Made by a program: the position numbers and the translations under genes
In this document: positions 63,735 through 64,000 of the stretch, in pieces
Layout: the number at the start of each line of letters is the position of its first letter
Numbering within the stretch: the stretch's first letter is position 1
The notes under the pieces: model-generated
Told to the model about the DNA's origin: nothing
The model's input: the letters and a program-made list of their open reading frames with translations, nothing else
Database searches by the model: none
Assembly: GCA_963718895.1 (NCBI GenBank)
Contig: CAVRAG010000007.1
Location: forward strand, 320,001-384,000
Reading direction: 5' to 3'
Source of the DNA: an uncultured Nitrososphaerota archaeon
GTDB lineage: Archaea > Thermoproteota > Nitrososphaeria > Nitrososphaerales > Gagatemarchaeaceae
DNA length: 64,000 nt

Positions 63735-64000
63735 TCAGGCGACCCGCTTGGCGACGTCCGCCCACCTGAAGTGAAGCGCGGCGATGATTATCGCGCCGAG
63801 GGCGAAGGCCAGGATCAGCCCGACGGAGAAGGGGATGGATGTCTCGCTTGCGCCTGAGCCGATGAAAGTCAGCACCGAAAGAGCCTCCGCCGGCAGGCCG
63901 GGGTGGCTCACGAGGTACGGGAGGGAGCTCACGGGGGTCGTCGGGAGATAGGCGTTAATCTGCTGGTAGAACCCGTTACCGGTCAGCTCGAAGATCACCC
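63735..64000 (-). CDS. Membrane protein C-terminus, ABC permease-like (5' truncated)
   Basis: YLPTT, terminal TM helix ending FRWADV. Confidence 0.55.
   Translation of the reverse strand, partial: VIFELTGNGFYQQINAYLPTTPVSSLPYLVSHPGLPAEALSVLTFIGSGASETSIPFSVGLILAFALGAIIIAALHFRWADVAKRVA

Noticed and set aside
1-64000. CRISPR array, IS element, provirus or defence island
   Set aside because: No spaced repeats, transposase, capsid or cas motifs were seen; the lone PD-(D/E)XK gene has no methylase partner.

Overview
This window is core chromosome from a high-GC archaeon. TBP, CDC48, class I LysRS, ABCE1, an ATP-dependent ligase and leaderless genes with TATA boxes about 25 bp upstream point to a probable non-ammonia-oxidising Nitrososphaerota/TACK lineage (inference). 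Many genes, including essential ones, are split by single-base indels that look like long-read errors, so broken ORFs were rejoined by eye and some boundaries are approximate. It holds about 65 CDS (metabolism, tRNA modification, TldD/E, a peptide ABC transporter, a type IV pilus locus, a surface-glycan locus) and tRNA-Arg(GCG). Five signals stand out. (1) An unannotated dual-guide C/D box sRNA (31387-31452, minus) has guides matching 23S rRNA helix 69 and the neighbouring 1935-1944 segment. (2) A family-5 solute-binding protein is circularly permuted and sits on an Ig-like/coiled-coil stalk. (3) NAD synthetase carries a 385-aa LAGLIDADG intein. (4) A Phr/HSR1-type heat-shock module has two TTAAC-N5-GTTAA-like operators between the regulator and hsp20-cdc48. 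(5) There are several apparent pseudo-enzymes and a membrane-anchored TMK-like kinase in a glycan locus next to the pilus genes. No CRISPR array, integrase, IS element or rRNA was seen.
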